Counted from the whole stretch's first letter, positions 1-11,334 are shown. The stretch: 63,926 nt of DNA, filler included, from Octopus bimaculoides (GCF_001194135.2; 7 parts of 7 records of this genome joined end to end with filler, not necessarily neighbours in it); one strand, 5' to 3'. Program-made: numbers and translations. Notes: generated by a model from the letters alone, not told the origin.

Positions 1-267
1 AAGTGTTATGTTTCCCTCGGGTGACTCGTAGAGATAACACAACGAGTTATACAATTTAATTATTACATTTATTGTTCAATTACATACAAAGAACGCACTC
101 ACCCAATGTTCGTTATGAATAAACAAAAGTCATGTCCGCCATATATATGTCAATGACATTTTACTACGACAGTCCCACAAGACAACAACAATGAAACAAT
201 GAACTCAGACGAACCACGTGACACACGGAACGTCAGACGAATTCCATATCTAACAGTCCATATAACA

Positions 268-321
268 GTAAGACAACCGTATTTCTCTCTCTGCTTCCGT
301 CTTTCTCTCCTTCACATCACA
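268..321 (+). repeat. 5' LTR 3'-terminal segment matching the end of the 3' LTR
   Basis: GTAAGACaaccGTAtTTCTCTCTCTGCTTccgTCTTTctcTCCTTCACATCACA aligns with 3934-3987 (GTAAGACtactGTAaTTCTCTCTCTGCTTattTCTTTtccTCCTTCACATCACA). Confidence 0.75.
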
Positions 322-388
322 AGCTATTTCGGCTCAAAAAAAAAAAAAAGGAAAATGATGGGTATGGTTTTGCGTTTCAAACAAGAGG

Positions 389-945
389 ATTAGGCTATTT
401 TGCAGCAAGGGAGACGTCGCCACTAGGTTGATAAAAATTAAATTGGTGGCAAAACTCCACAGTATAGATGACCTAGCGAGTTTCATACCATTGTACCTTG
501 ATGGATCGGCATTGGCACTATACCTGGAAATGGAGGAGAAGGGCCAGTGAAACACAGAAAAAATAGAAGTGTGGCCATTCATGGCATATGGTCGACTGGG
601 GAAAGTGAAGTGGATGGGTGAACAGGTTGATGTGTTTGCCAACAAAATCAGGAGACTGGCCAAACTTGTAGGATACAATGATGAAGCACTGGAACAAACA
701 GTTAAATTAACATTTGTAACTGGATTTCATGACCACATGTCGGTTGAACTGCAAAAGCTGCCGAAAATTCACTCCATGGTGATGGGAGAGGTAATATCTC
801 AGGCTAGTGCAACCCTTCAAAGGCAGTATTTTTGGTGTCAGGGTTCGCATATGATGAGAGATAGCAAAGAACCCAAACCTGGAATAATTTGCTATCGATG
901 CTGACAAACAGGCCACATCACTCGTGAATGTGTTCAAGGAAACGG
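389..945 (+). pseudogene. gag remnant with CCHC zinc knuckle
   Basis: Reads IRLFCSKGDVATRLIKIKLVAKLHSIDDLASFIPLYLDGSALALYLEMEE, continues in ORF 569-904, and ends with CYRC*QTGHITREC (CX2CX4HX4C, 890-931). Confidence 0.8.
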
Positions 946-1319
946 TTTAAGGGAGACTACTATGCTGGTAGTCATCCCGTCAAAAGAATAGAGGCACATA
1001 TACAGTCGTTGCCAGTAGTGGACGTTGTGGTGGAGGAAAAGGTATCATGAGCCCTTGTGGCGGATGGAATCGATATGGTGATGGGGATGGACGCCATTGT
1101 CTGTTTGGGAGGTATCACGGTCAATGAAGCTGGTGATGTGGGGTGCTATGTGCCGTGAGTCCAGGACAAGAGAGTGGTGAGAGCTGCGAAGAAAAATATG
1201 CTACACACACCATTACAGACAAGGATTTTTGGGCTGTGTTCAATGGTCAGCAGTGGACAGTAGAATGGTATTGAAAGGGAGATCCTCCGACGTTGAAAAA
1301 TGCAGTAGGCTGCTAACAG

Positions 1320-1960
1320 CATACCCTAAAAGGGGATGCCAAAAGTGAGTTCAAGGGAGAGGTGGAACGGTGGATCAAGGAAGGCATTTTGATCACTTGG
1401 AAGGAGAAAGAGGAGAGTGGAGTGCTACCATTGATGGCAGTGGTGCAACCGACAAAGCATAAAGTCAGGCTGGTATTAGATTTCCGAGAGCTGAACAACC
1501 ACATATTGTACCGTGAAGCCACAGACATTTACAGCGAAACCTTGAGAGAGTGGAGGCAGATGATAGGGGCATCCACAATTGTTGATTTGAAGTCAGCATA
1601 CCTGCAGCAGCATGTAACTGAGAGACTGTGGAAATATCAGCAAGTAAGGTACAAGGGTTGGACATACTGCCTGACCAGGTTGGGATTGGGGCTGAATTCA
1701 GCACCAAAGATTATGGCGACAATTCTCAAAACCAACCTGGGAAAGACGGACAAAGTGAAAAGAGCCACCAATTCCTATATTGATGACATCCTGGTGGACA
1801 AGAGCATAGTGTGAGCAAAGGAGGTCATAAGTCACCTGAAGAGTTTTGGGCTAACTGCCAAACCACCAGAGGCGATGGAAGGATGAGCTGCACTGGGATT
1901 CAAACTACAGAGAGATAAGGTTGGTGTTTCGGAGAGGGAATGAGATCCCAGAACTGAGCA
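1320..1960 (+). pseudogene. LTR-retrotransposon reverse transcriptase remnant
   Basis: ORF 1362-1814 contains VRLVLDFRELN, IVDLKSAYLQ, RLGLGLNSAPKIM and the catalytic SYIDDILV. Confidence 0.9.
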
Positions 1961-2073
1961 CTAAGACGAAACGGCAAGAACTGTTTTGTGTGTGTGGGAA
2001 GCTGCTGGGATACTACCCAATTGCAGAATGGCTCTGGACAGCATGCAGCTTCGTCAAGAGGTGAGCTGAAAGA

Positions 2074-2436
2074 GTGAGGTGGAGTGACAAAGTGGGCAAG
2101 AAGACAACTGCCATGATGCAGGAAGTTTTGGAGAGAGTGACTGCAGAGGACCCAGCAAGAGGAAACTGGTATGTGCCGAAATTGAAGAATGGGATCGTGT
2201 GGTGTGATGCTAGCAGCATAGCAACGCGGGTTGTCCTGGAAATTGGAGATGTCATGGAGGAAGATGTGGCCTGGCTCAGGAAGAAGGACAACTGCAACCA
2301 CATCAACGTGGCGGAGCTGGATACTGTGTTGAAGGGGCTGAACCTGGCCCTGAGGTGGGGGCTGCGTACCATCAAGATCCAGACCGATTCGGCCACTGTA
2401 CTTAGATGGGTGGGATCAGTGGTCACCAGCGAGTGA
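2074..2436 (+). pseudogene. RNase H remnant
   Basis: Acidic motifs VWCDAS, HINVAELD and IQTDSATV. Confidence 0.8.
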
Positions 2437-2639
2437 AGGGTACAAACCAAAGAGGGTGCAGAGATGTTGATAAGATACCATTTGGGAATTCTGGGTGAGA
2501 TAGCTGCCAAGTTTGAGCTGAGGCTGAGTGTAATTTTTGTGCCCTCTGAGGGAAATAGAGCGGCCATCCTGACCAGAGTAAAGAAAGTCTGGTTGCCGGT
2601 GCAGGAGGATCTGGAGCAAGGAGTAGCTGCAGAGTGTCA

Positions 2640-3340
2640 ACTGAATGACTCAGAGCTGAGGAGACTGCATACCACGCATTACATGGGGGTGGACAGGACC
2701 CTGTTCCGAGCCAGGAAAGTTGACTCTGATCTGACCAAGCAGAGTGTGCAGAGAGTAGTTGGGAGCTGCAACAGGTGCCAGTCCATTGACCCCACTCCGG
2801 GTGTGCATGAGGCAGGAAGCATTCCAGTGGAACACAACTGGAAATGACTGGCAGCAGACTACTGGCAGGGAACATACCTCTCAATGGTCAACTGCGGACC
2901 AGGGCAGTTGGCCATATGGAGGGAGATGAAGACAGGGACTGCAGAGGAAATCACAAGAATACTAAATGAGATATTCCTAGAATGAGTTGCTTGTGGACAA
3001 TGGCACTGTGTTACACTCAGAGGTGCTGAGGGAAATGCTCGACAAGTGGCATGTCAGCCATTTCTTCTGGCCAGCATACTGGCCAATTAGCAATGGGGTT
3101 GTGGAGAGGCATCATCACACCGTCGAGACCATAGCAGAGAGGGACCACATCTCACCAGTTGAGGCCATTTTTTTGGTATAATATGTCGCCCATATTGGGA
3201 CAGGCTGAGGAGTCAGTGCTACACAGGGCAATATTCAAGTACAAGTGGAGACAGCCATGTACTGCATCGCTGCAACCCACAGAAGAGAAAGAGCATGCCT
3301 TTGTGCAGGTCAGGGAAGAAGTCTGGGTTAAACCCTGAAA
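2640..3340 (+). pseudogene. Integrase remnant (HHCC + DDE)
   Basis: LHTTHYMGVDRT...CNRCQSIDP zinc-binding region, LVDNG, and NGVVERHHHT (E motif), spread over ORFs 2464-2847 and 2987-3181. Confidence 0.85.
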
Positions 3341-3676
3341 TGTGCAGTGCACATCACAGAGGGGGAAGGGGACAGTAACCTCTGTAAATTCGAGGAACAA
3401 TATGTCTGTAGATGGTATGCCATGTCATGTTTTGAATGTGCACAGGATCATCAATGCATTGAAGGATGGAGCCAATAGTAATGGACAAGAGGATGAAGCC
3501 AGCAGCAACATGCCAGGATCTGGGGTCAGTCCTGAAGTTCCACGGCAGTTGCAGAGGGAGCAATGCCGTTCTCACTGGTTGGCTGATTACGAGACAAGTT
3601 AAAGCATGTGGTCAAGGTTGAGGAGAGGGTGTTGGCAAGTTGGTTGAATGATCTTCAGATCAGAGGGGGCATCTGG

Positions 3677-3987
3677 TGTTGTAGGGAAGGACCGGAAGTG
3701 AGGGAGTATGCATGTCCTGTCAGAAGTGGGGCCTGTGGGTCCCACAGGAAAGGCTGTGGTGGGCATGTGGGGTTGGCGAGGCAGAGCAGTCAGTTGGCAG
3801 TGGACAGCGTATGAGAGCAGACCTGTTCAATGGTATGACAGCAGACGGAGCACATGGACGTTGTGAGCGACCCCTTCCACATAGATAGACGGTACAGTGG
3901 CAGAAGTTGTGAGTGACCCTTCCAGATAGACAGGTAAGACTACTGTAATTCTCTCTCTGCTTATTTCTTTTCCTCCTTCACATCACA
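3677..3987 (+). repeat. 3' LTR (~310 bp, TGTTG...TCACA)
   Basis: Follows the polypurine tract, has TG/CA termini, and its tail matches 268-321. Confidence 0.7.
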
Positions 3988-4039
3988 ACTGTCTCTCTCT
4001 CTATGAATATATATTTGTGTGTGTGTGTGTGTGTGTATG

Positions 4040-4500
4040 GTGGTTGTTTACACCTTATGCAGAATCTGACCACCTCTTGTACTTACACCTTAGATCCATC
4101 ATGGATCTGATGTGGCTTTTTAAACCAGACAATGTATTGAAAAGACACCCACACAGATTGCATATCTGATCTGGGCCACCAAGGGCTGCAGTTAAGTTCT
4201 GATCTCTGTGGATCTTAAAATGTCTTTTGAGGCCTTCCTTAGATTTGTAGACCTTATGACATACACGGCAATAAAAGGTATGCACAGATATATAGGCAGA
4301 GTAGTTGGTAGAGGTTTGTTTTTCATGGGTCCACAAATGAGATTTGAGCCCAGCAAAAGAAAGGCGTGGTCTGTCACAAACTGTGTACACAAAAAGATCA
4401 CTGAGATTCACCTTCTTGATCACAAAATTCTTCTTTAAATCTCTCTTGAGTCTTGCATGTGTCATTCTGGCCTCCTCAAAAGCTTTCACTCCACACTTTC
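4040..4500 (-). mobile_element. 3' fragment of an RTE (BovB-like) LINE encoding three tandem C2H2-type fingers
   Basis: GVKAFEEARMTHARLKRDLKK (typical RTE C-terminus) followed by YTVC-x12-HLWTH, CRVC-x12-HFKIH and CNLC-x12-HIRSM. Ends in a (CA)n tail at ~4017-4036. Confidence 0.7.
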
Positions 4501-4730
4501 TTTTTTTATCTTTTACTTGTTTCAACCATTGGATTGCAGCCATACTGGGACACCATCTTAAAATGTTTAGTCAAACCAGTTGACCCCAGCGCTTATTTTT
4601 TAAAGATCTGCTAATTCATAGGGACATAAACAAACCAACACCAGTTATCAATCAGTGGGGTGGGGNNNNNNNNNNNNNNNNNNNNNNNNNNNNNNNNNNN
4701 NNNNNNNNNNNNNNNNNNNNNNNNNNNNNN

Positions 4731-4788
<58 letters not shown>

Positions 4789-4947
4789 CACACATGACAG
4801 GTTTTCACACAGTTTCTGTCTACCAAATTCATCCACAAGGCATTGGTCAGCTCAAGGCTACAGAAGAAGACACTAGCCTAAGTTACTGTGCAATGGGACT
4901 GAACTTAAAACCACATGATTGCAAAGCAAGCTTCTTTATCACACAGT
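4501..4947 (-). mobile_element. SINE family A, diverged
   Basis: Reverse complement of the head, core and tail seen at 15158-15570; internal (CA)n contains a gap. Confidence 0.8.
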
Positions 4948-5768
4948 GTTAGAGCTAAAATACTGTTGTGAGTCAAAAATAATCTTTAATCAATGGAAAT
5001 TAAACTCAAAATGAGAAGAAAAAAAAAGAACATAAGCAACAATTATTGTCAAAAAGAGCAATGGAAAGAACTCAAAAAAATTAAATTGATTGAAAATTAA
5101 ATGGTGATATGTGTACTTCTGTAGTATGGTTTTATACCAATGTCTAAGTGTTTGGGTACAGCAATTTTTAGTGGAATTTTAGTGACATGTACTGGTAGTA
5201 AATTTTTTTTAATGCATGCAGAGTTAAAAATCCAACCAGTCATCTAGTTGATTGCTTAAATGTTTAATTTTGCTCAAAATTTGTATTGCTTTGTTTCTTG
5301 TCAGAAACAGAGAGAATATGATCAGAGGTTCCTAGTCCTTACAAATGTACTGTAAAACATAGAGCCAAGGCTTGCATAAGCCCAATGAATGCAGGTTTCA
5401 TTTGTAAGCAATGACTACTGTAACAAAAATACAAAGGTAGTTTGCTGCATACAGTAAGTGTATTCAGACAGATGTGGTATCCGCCAGCTACACAGATGTT
5501 GTCCTAATGTCTTCTCATTAGCAATGGAGTGGTTTAGATCAGCCTTGACCAGTGTTACTAAGTGCATTGGCAGAGTGGTGTGTTCTGTAATTACATCTTT
5601 ACTCATAATACTAAACAGAATAGAAGTTTTCTAAAAGACCCTGTTTATGACAAAATAATTAAACTGCATTTTCAAATACATACATAATACATGCATGCAT
5701 GTATACATCCATCCATCCATCCATACATACATACATACATGTATACATACATACATACATACATACAC

Positions 5769-5799
<31 letters not shown>

Positions 5800-6254
5800 A
5801 CACTTGTAAAATATTTTAGAAGCATTGTAAAAAATGTATAAAAATGAATTCTTAAAAAGAGTGTTGGTTGAAATACTGAAAATTAAAAACCAATTCCAAA
5901 ATACATTGCATTGGCTGTCTAAAACTGATTGTGTGTGTGTGTGTGGGTGTGTGTGTGTGTACATGCGTGCGTGTGTGCGTGCGTGCATGCAACTAAAATC
6001 TTAATATGCTATTGTCAAAATTAAACCAAAAAATGTTTTTATATTGAGTCTGAATTAATGAGAAAACTCATGAACAAAGAACTCTATACAGTTTCTCAAC
6101 TACTAGAAATAGCAACTAAATCTTCCTCAGCCATAAAATCACCTCCAGCCATAAAAATCAAAATGAAGGNNNNNNNNNNTTTAAACATCTTTAATTGTAG
6201 GCCTGCTGGATCAGGACTGATCAGGGTTTAAAACAGCAGCAGCTGTCCTTGACT

Positions 6255-6437
6255 AATATTTGGTACCAACCCACCTGAGACCACTTCAAGTTCTATGAAA
6301 CAAGTTCCTGTTTTAAAGTGATGTACATGTTAACTGATAATGGCAAAGTTAGTTTACTAAATTCTTCATTATTTTTTAAATCAATTGAAAAAAAAAAACA
6401 ATGCATTTCAACAGAAATATGTTAAGAAAAAAGTTAA
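6255..6437 (-). mobile_element. Degenerate copy of TTAA-CCCTTT MITE
   Basis: Reverse-complement similarity to 7111-7816 (TGGTACCAACCCACCTGAGACC...AACAGAAATATG...AAAAAAGTTAA). Confidence 0.55.
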
Positions 6438-7110
6438 ATGTTTACACAACGGTTTTACACCATTTAATATATCAAATTACATGCTGGAAAATGCACTAAG
6501 TATTTTAAGCCATATTATAGACTTGAATAGTTGTAAGGTGACAGAGTTCAAATGCTGATAACTTGGTCAAATGTTAAAGTATTTACTCCAGTCATTGTGT
6601 TTGTTACATGACTCTTTTCTTGTCTTAGTTTGTCGAGCAGAGAATATGTAGTGCTTCTTCCCTATAGTTAGTAATCAATAAACAATCCAGCAACGAAATA
6701 TTTCTTATGATAAATTATTAAAATTTCCAAATCACTCCTTCATGTTATAAAAAAAAAAAAATAGAATGGGTGTGAAATAATTGTTGATCAAAATATACAT
6801 CTTAATGTAGTATTGAAACTAAATTTCATGTTGGCTGGTTTGACTTCCTACTCCACATCTTTTTATATAGAATCTTTATTTCTACAAGTATTATAAATGC
6901 AGAAAACAATATCTAAAGAAATTTATTTCTCTGGAGTTAATATTTATATAAGACTGAAAGCCCTCACTGTTCCTCAATTCTTTCATAAACATTATTTTTA
7001 AATGTGTAAGTAGTCATCTATGACCCTATTGACTCTAAGGCTTAGTTATTGCTGTATCTATACGGCATTAATTTTATGTTTATAAAATACATTTGGTGAT
7101 CATCTGTACT

Positions 7111-7816
7111 TTAACCCTTTAGTTACCATAATTCTGTTGAAATACACTGTCTTCGTTTCAATTATTTTTGGAAGTAAAGAAAAATTTAATAAAATAAGCA
7201 AAGAAGCTAGTTAGAAAATCTGTATAAGAGATGAAAGTAATAACTATACTGTGAAATAATGGTTATCACCACAGTAATATGGCTGATCCATAGGACTTGA
7301 CATTACTACCATTCTAACCTCTGGAGGAGCCTCCTCCAGCTGGTCATTGATGCAATCTGCACCTGATATATATTGCAAGCAGGGGAGTGAACCCCTACCA
7401 TCTTCCAGCAGATGATAAGATCACCAGACCATATGGTGTCATCTGCTGAGAGATGGTAGGGGTTTGCTCCCCTGCTTACAATATCTATCAGGTGAAGATT
7501 GCATCAATAACTAGCTGGAGGAGGCACTTTCTGAGGTTAAAAACAATAGTAACGTTGAGTGCTATGGAACAGTCATAACGATGTGGTGGTAAACATTACT
7601 TCTTATTGAAATAAGAAGTAAAAATAACTTTGTCATTATTAATTTTGGATTTGGAAAATAACTTTGTCATTATTTAACTTTGTCATTATTAATCTTGGAT
7701 TTGGAACATAAATCAACAGTTTTGATGGCAGGTTTAAATTTAAATCTGGTTAAAACAGGAAATTTATATCATAAAACTAGGGTTGATCTCAAGTGAGTTG
7801 GTATCATAAGGGTTCT
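7111..7816 (+). mobile_element. piggyBac-type MITE interrupted by a foldback insertion
   Basis: Starts TTAACCCTTT...TTACCA and ends TGGTATCATAAGGGTT. Internal TAACTTTGTCATTATT is triplicated at 7626-7690. Confidence 0.6.
7255..7600. repeat. Long imperfect palindrome (foldback), ~155-bp arms, ~20-nt spacer
   Basis: Left arm ...CCTCCTCCAGCTGGTCATTGATGCAATCTGCACCTGATATATATTGCAAGCAGGGGAGTGAACCCCTACCATCTTCCAGCAGATGA is the reverse complement of 7439-7530 with scattered mismatches; similarity extends outward to about 7255 and 7600. Confidence 0.9.
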
Positions 7817-7819
7817 TCT

Positions 7820-8135
7820 TCCATGGCTTCATCACTCCTGAAGGAGGAACCTCTCCCTGGGTTCCTTGTCCAATGCTTTGATGTTCATTCCATCTGTAGT
7901 CCTTCAGTTGTACAATGTGGCCAGCTCATTTATATTTGTTCTTCGGATGGTTCCTTATGATGTCACTGACACTTGTGTGCTGTAAAATCCAGGCATTGGT
8001 TTTCTTGTTCCGCAGTGTGATGCCAAGCAAGATTTGTTCCATTTTCTGTTGGGCTACTATAAGGGCATTCATGATCGTAGTGTTGAGAGCAATGTTTCAC
8101 AACCATAAATCATCACTGGCAGGATGTACTCATTG
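7820..8135 (-). mobile_element. RTE-1-type LINE ORF 3' fragment
   Basis: Minus strand reads YILPVMIYGCET...AQQKMEQILLGITLRNKKTNAWILQHTSVSDII...WAGHIVQLKDYRW. Confidence 0.8.
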
Positions 8136-8251
8136 AGGATCTTTCTTTTAATTTTCATGGAAGCCTTGGGACTTCTGATAAGGTTTTCCACCTTTCCAAA
8201 GGATTAAGACAATAGAGTCAACTGCTATTTACAGTATTATTCCTCATGTCA

Positions 8252-8435
8252 ATTTACCTTTTTGATACCAATCTGCCTGATCTTATCTCTGATTCTATGG
8301 TACCAACTGATTCTATGGTACAAACATTTTAATTTATGCTCCAAACATCAGCTTAATAATGACAAAGTTATTTTACTAAACTCTTCACTATTGTTAAAAT
8401 TAATTAACATAAAAGTATTTCAGCAAAAAGCTTAA
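8252..8435 (-). mobile_element. Third degenerate copy of the TTAA-CCCTTT MITE
   Basis: TTACCTTTTTGATACCAA...TTAATAATGACAAAGTTATTTTACTAAA...AAAAAGCTTAA. Confidence 0.55.
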
Positions 8436-9579
8436 CTCTTTGTTTTTCTAATCCACATTCAGGAAAGTTTTCAGGAAAAAAAAAAAACTGTCAGTCAACC
8501 ATGATATGAATAATTAGATTTCTAGATTGTTTTTGTTTGAAGAGTTTTCTATAAGTGTTGATGATAATGATTATTGTCTCAAAGTAAGTTTTATGCTGGA
8601 AAATTGACTAAACTAATGATATTTTCTATGTAGGGAAGGTCTTGTTGTAGACAAAAGAGTACTGAACTGAAGAACCATTAATTAACATGAAACAATATAG
8701 TATTTTACTAATGAAAGCAATAATAGATGAAACCAGTCAATAGGGAGCCATATGCAGTTATTCAACTTAATAAAAATAGCAATCAAATTCCTTCAAATCA
8801 CATCAAACCAGTTTACCAAAAAAAAAAAAAAATGGAAAGAAAAGAAAAAGAAAAAACAACAGAAAAGAACATAGTGAATAATGTAATTAATCTCTAAAAG
8901 AGAGAGAGGTTGCCTTTTTGCAATGGAACACACTATTGTATACTTCAGTAGATTAGAACAGATATCTGTAGAAAGAGAAAGAGTTCGCTGGGAATAGAAC
9001 TGCTCTCTTTCTTCATCTCTTCTCTCTTCTTATCTCTTTGAAACGTATTACTTAAGAGAAATAGTGAGAACAAATCAAATTGAAATTCACATAAGAAGCT
9101 AAAGAATCAGATCCTATTTCTCCATTAGTAAAGAGACAAGATATAGAAAGATATATAATAGTAAAAAATGAGTCTTAACTAAAGGTACATGTTTGCCATG
9201 AAATAACAATGTCGTCTTTACATTACTGTCAAAACACTTTAACATTAATAGTGTGGTGGGATCAGAGGCAGTTTGAGGCTAGAAATGGGTTTGGCAGATC
9301 AGTAAGAGGAGGTGAGGTGCATATTAGTATTAAAAAATGTTAACAATATATGTTCCCTATACTATTAATATGTCAAAAATAAGTTCCAGGAAGAAGATAT
9401 TAATTAGGTTTTTGAATTGGTGGCTCAAAATACAGGAATTCAGAACATCTCAGATTGAGGTAAAAAACATGACATAATTAGTTCCTTCAGTCAGCCTAGA
9501 TAGAAATAAATCCAATATACACTTCCTAACTTAGTATTTAGTATTAAATATAACAAATAGTTTGCCCAATATAATATCA

Positions 9580-10008
9580 TCATCATTATTATCATTTTAA
9601 TGTCCACTTTTCTATGTTTGCCTGGGTCAGAGAGAATTTGCTGAGGTAGATTTTCTATGGCTGGATACCCTTGCTGTTGCCAACCCTCGGTTGTTTAAAA
9701 AGTAATATTTCACCATGGCCAAACATGTTTTCACAGCATATTGGAAATGAATGACACTGTTTGTATGACAGTGACAATCATTTTACAACTTTGATGCAAT
9801 GTGAGGACAAGGAGGCAGACACACACACACACACACACACACATGATGGGCTTCTTTCAGTTTCTGTCTGCCAAATCCATTCATAAGCCTTTGGTCTTCA
9901 AAGCTGTAGCAGAAGGTACTTCTCCACAGTGCCATACAGTGAGACTGAACCCAGAACTGTGTGGTTGGGAAGCAAACTTCTTACCACACATCCACACCTA
10001 CGCCTGCT
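9580..10008 (-). mobile_element. SINE with family-A head and core but a different 3' tail ending in (ATG)n
   Basis: 9845-10008 matches the A head and core; 9580-9810 is unrelated to the A tail. Confidence 0.7.
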
Positions 10009-10805
10009 ATAATAAGCCATGAAAATAATAAAATATACAGATTACATAAACCAGTTTTTACACTGTAAAAAGAAAATGAAAAATTATTTGAGGAATTCAA
10101 ACATTCTCTCTGTTCATTCACACACACACATACACACGCATGCATGCACACATGCACATATATATAATCAACAGATTACTCATGATTAAATTTTAGTGTG
10201 AAACTGAAGCAAATATGAAAGCAGAAAAGAATGATACAGTTTTACCATGTGACTGTCAACTGACTATTGTTTCAGTTTATTTTTGTTTCCCCTGAAACTA
10301 TAGCAAGCACAAGGCTTTTTTTTTTTTACTACTTTTGTTAAATATACGTAGGCTATCTAAACAGCTGCTTATTTGGCTGTCAAATGCTAATATATTTACC
10401 ATATAATTATACGATACAATCTGTCATAAAGAGATTATAATATATAATTCTTAATCTTATTATTAATTATTATTTTTTTTTTTTTAGGGAGACATTTGTT
10501 GTTTAGTAGGGTTTGGTTTTAAATGGAAAATTTGTAGTTCAGAATAATATTTATCTGGAGCGAATAAAATCATGGAAATGACTGAAACATCTGCACAGAA
10601 TGTGTTACTATGTCCAGTTCTGGTTTCAAATCTCATTGTGATTGACAGTATATGATCAGAGAGAAAATGAGGATATACCTTTCTTTAAATATAAAGGATT
10701 TTAGTGTGATTAAAAGTAGAGAAGCGTTAAATAAATAAGGACTTCTAATTTGGTAAAATGTAATAAATATAGTTCAGATAGTGGAAAAAAAAGAAAATTA
10801 TGTTA

Positions 10806-10978
10806 TAGGTACAGGCATGGCTGTCTGGTTAAGAAATTTGTTTCCTAACTACATGGTTTTGGGTTCAGTGCCACAGTGTGGTTTGGGCAAGTCCCTTCTA
10901 CTGTAACCTCATGCTACAAGTGGGTTTGAGGCATGGAAACTGAAAGAAGCCGATTGTGTGTACATGTGTGTGTGTATT
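10806..10978 (+). mobile_element. SINE family A, 5' half
   Basis: TAGGTACAGGCATGGCTGTCTGGTTAAG...GGGTTCAGTGCCAC...GGAAACTGAAAGAAGCC followed by (TG)n. Confidence 0.75.
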
Positions 10979-10994
10979 TCATTCCATAACAGCT

Positions 10995-11078
10995 ACCTCT
11001 GAGGAGCACAGGATTACATAATCGGACTATTACCTAATACTCTATTGAACCCCTAGTGCGAAACCGACTGGTAAGACT
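10995..11078 (+). ncRNA. Type I hammerhead ribozyme candidate in a solo PLE terminal repeat
   Basis: CTGAGGA (10999-11005), stem II GCAC-AGG/CCT-A-GTGC, GAAA (11060-11063), stem III ACC-gact-GGT, cleavage triplet GTA (11071-11073). Stem I has only 2 clean bp. Confidence 0.65.
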
Positions 11079-11112
11079 GGCCGTAATGGATATATAATAT
11101 TGTACACTTCAA

Positions 11113-11177
<65 letters not shown>

Positions 11178-11334
11178 ATATATAAAGGTCAAATAGAGGG
11201 GAAGCAATGAGGTAAAGGAGTATGTTTACTTAGGGCACACAGTGAATATACACTGAGATATGGATGCTGAAATCTCAAAGTGTTAAACTCAATAAAGGAT
11301 GTACTCAAAACAAAGACAAATATTACCATGATGC

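Larger units (their letters stand above)
4..3987 (+). mobile_element. Decayed Ty3/Gypsy-type LTR retrotransposon (~4 kb; gag-PR remnant-RT-RH-IN)
   Basis: Domain order gag/CCHC, RT, RNase H, integrase on + strand. Purine tract AGAGGGGGC (3662-3670) precedes a TG...CA 3' LTR. The LTR 3' tail is shared with 268-321. Many stops and frameshifts. Confidence 0.9.

Noticed and set aside
443-452. TGGTGGCA as a primer-binding site
   Set aside because: It lies inside the gag frame (KIKLVAKL), ~120 bp from the LTR end. No convincing PBS was found.
5305-5606. Possible exons (plus-strand AG...GTAAGT pair and a 63-aa minus ORF)
   Set aside because: All three plus frames hit stops and the minus ORF has no motif or donor site.
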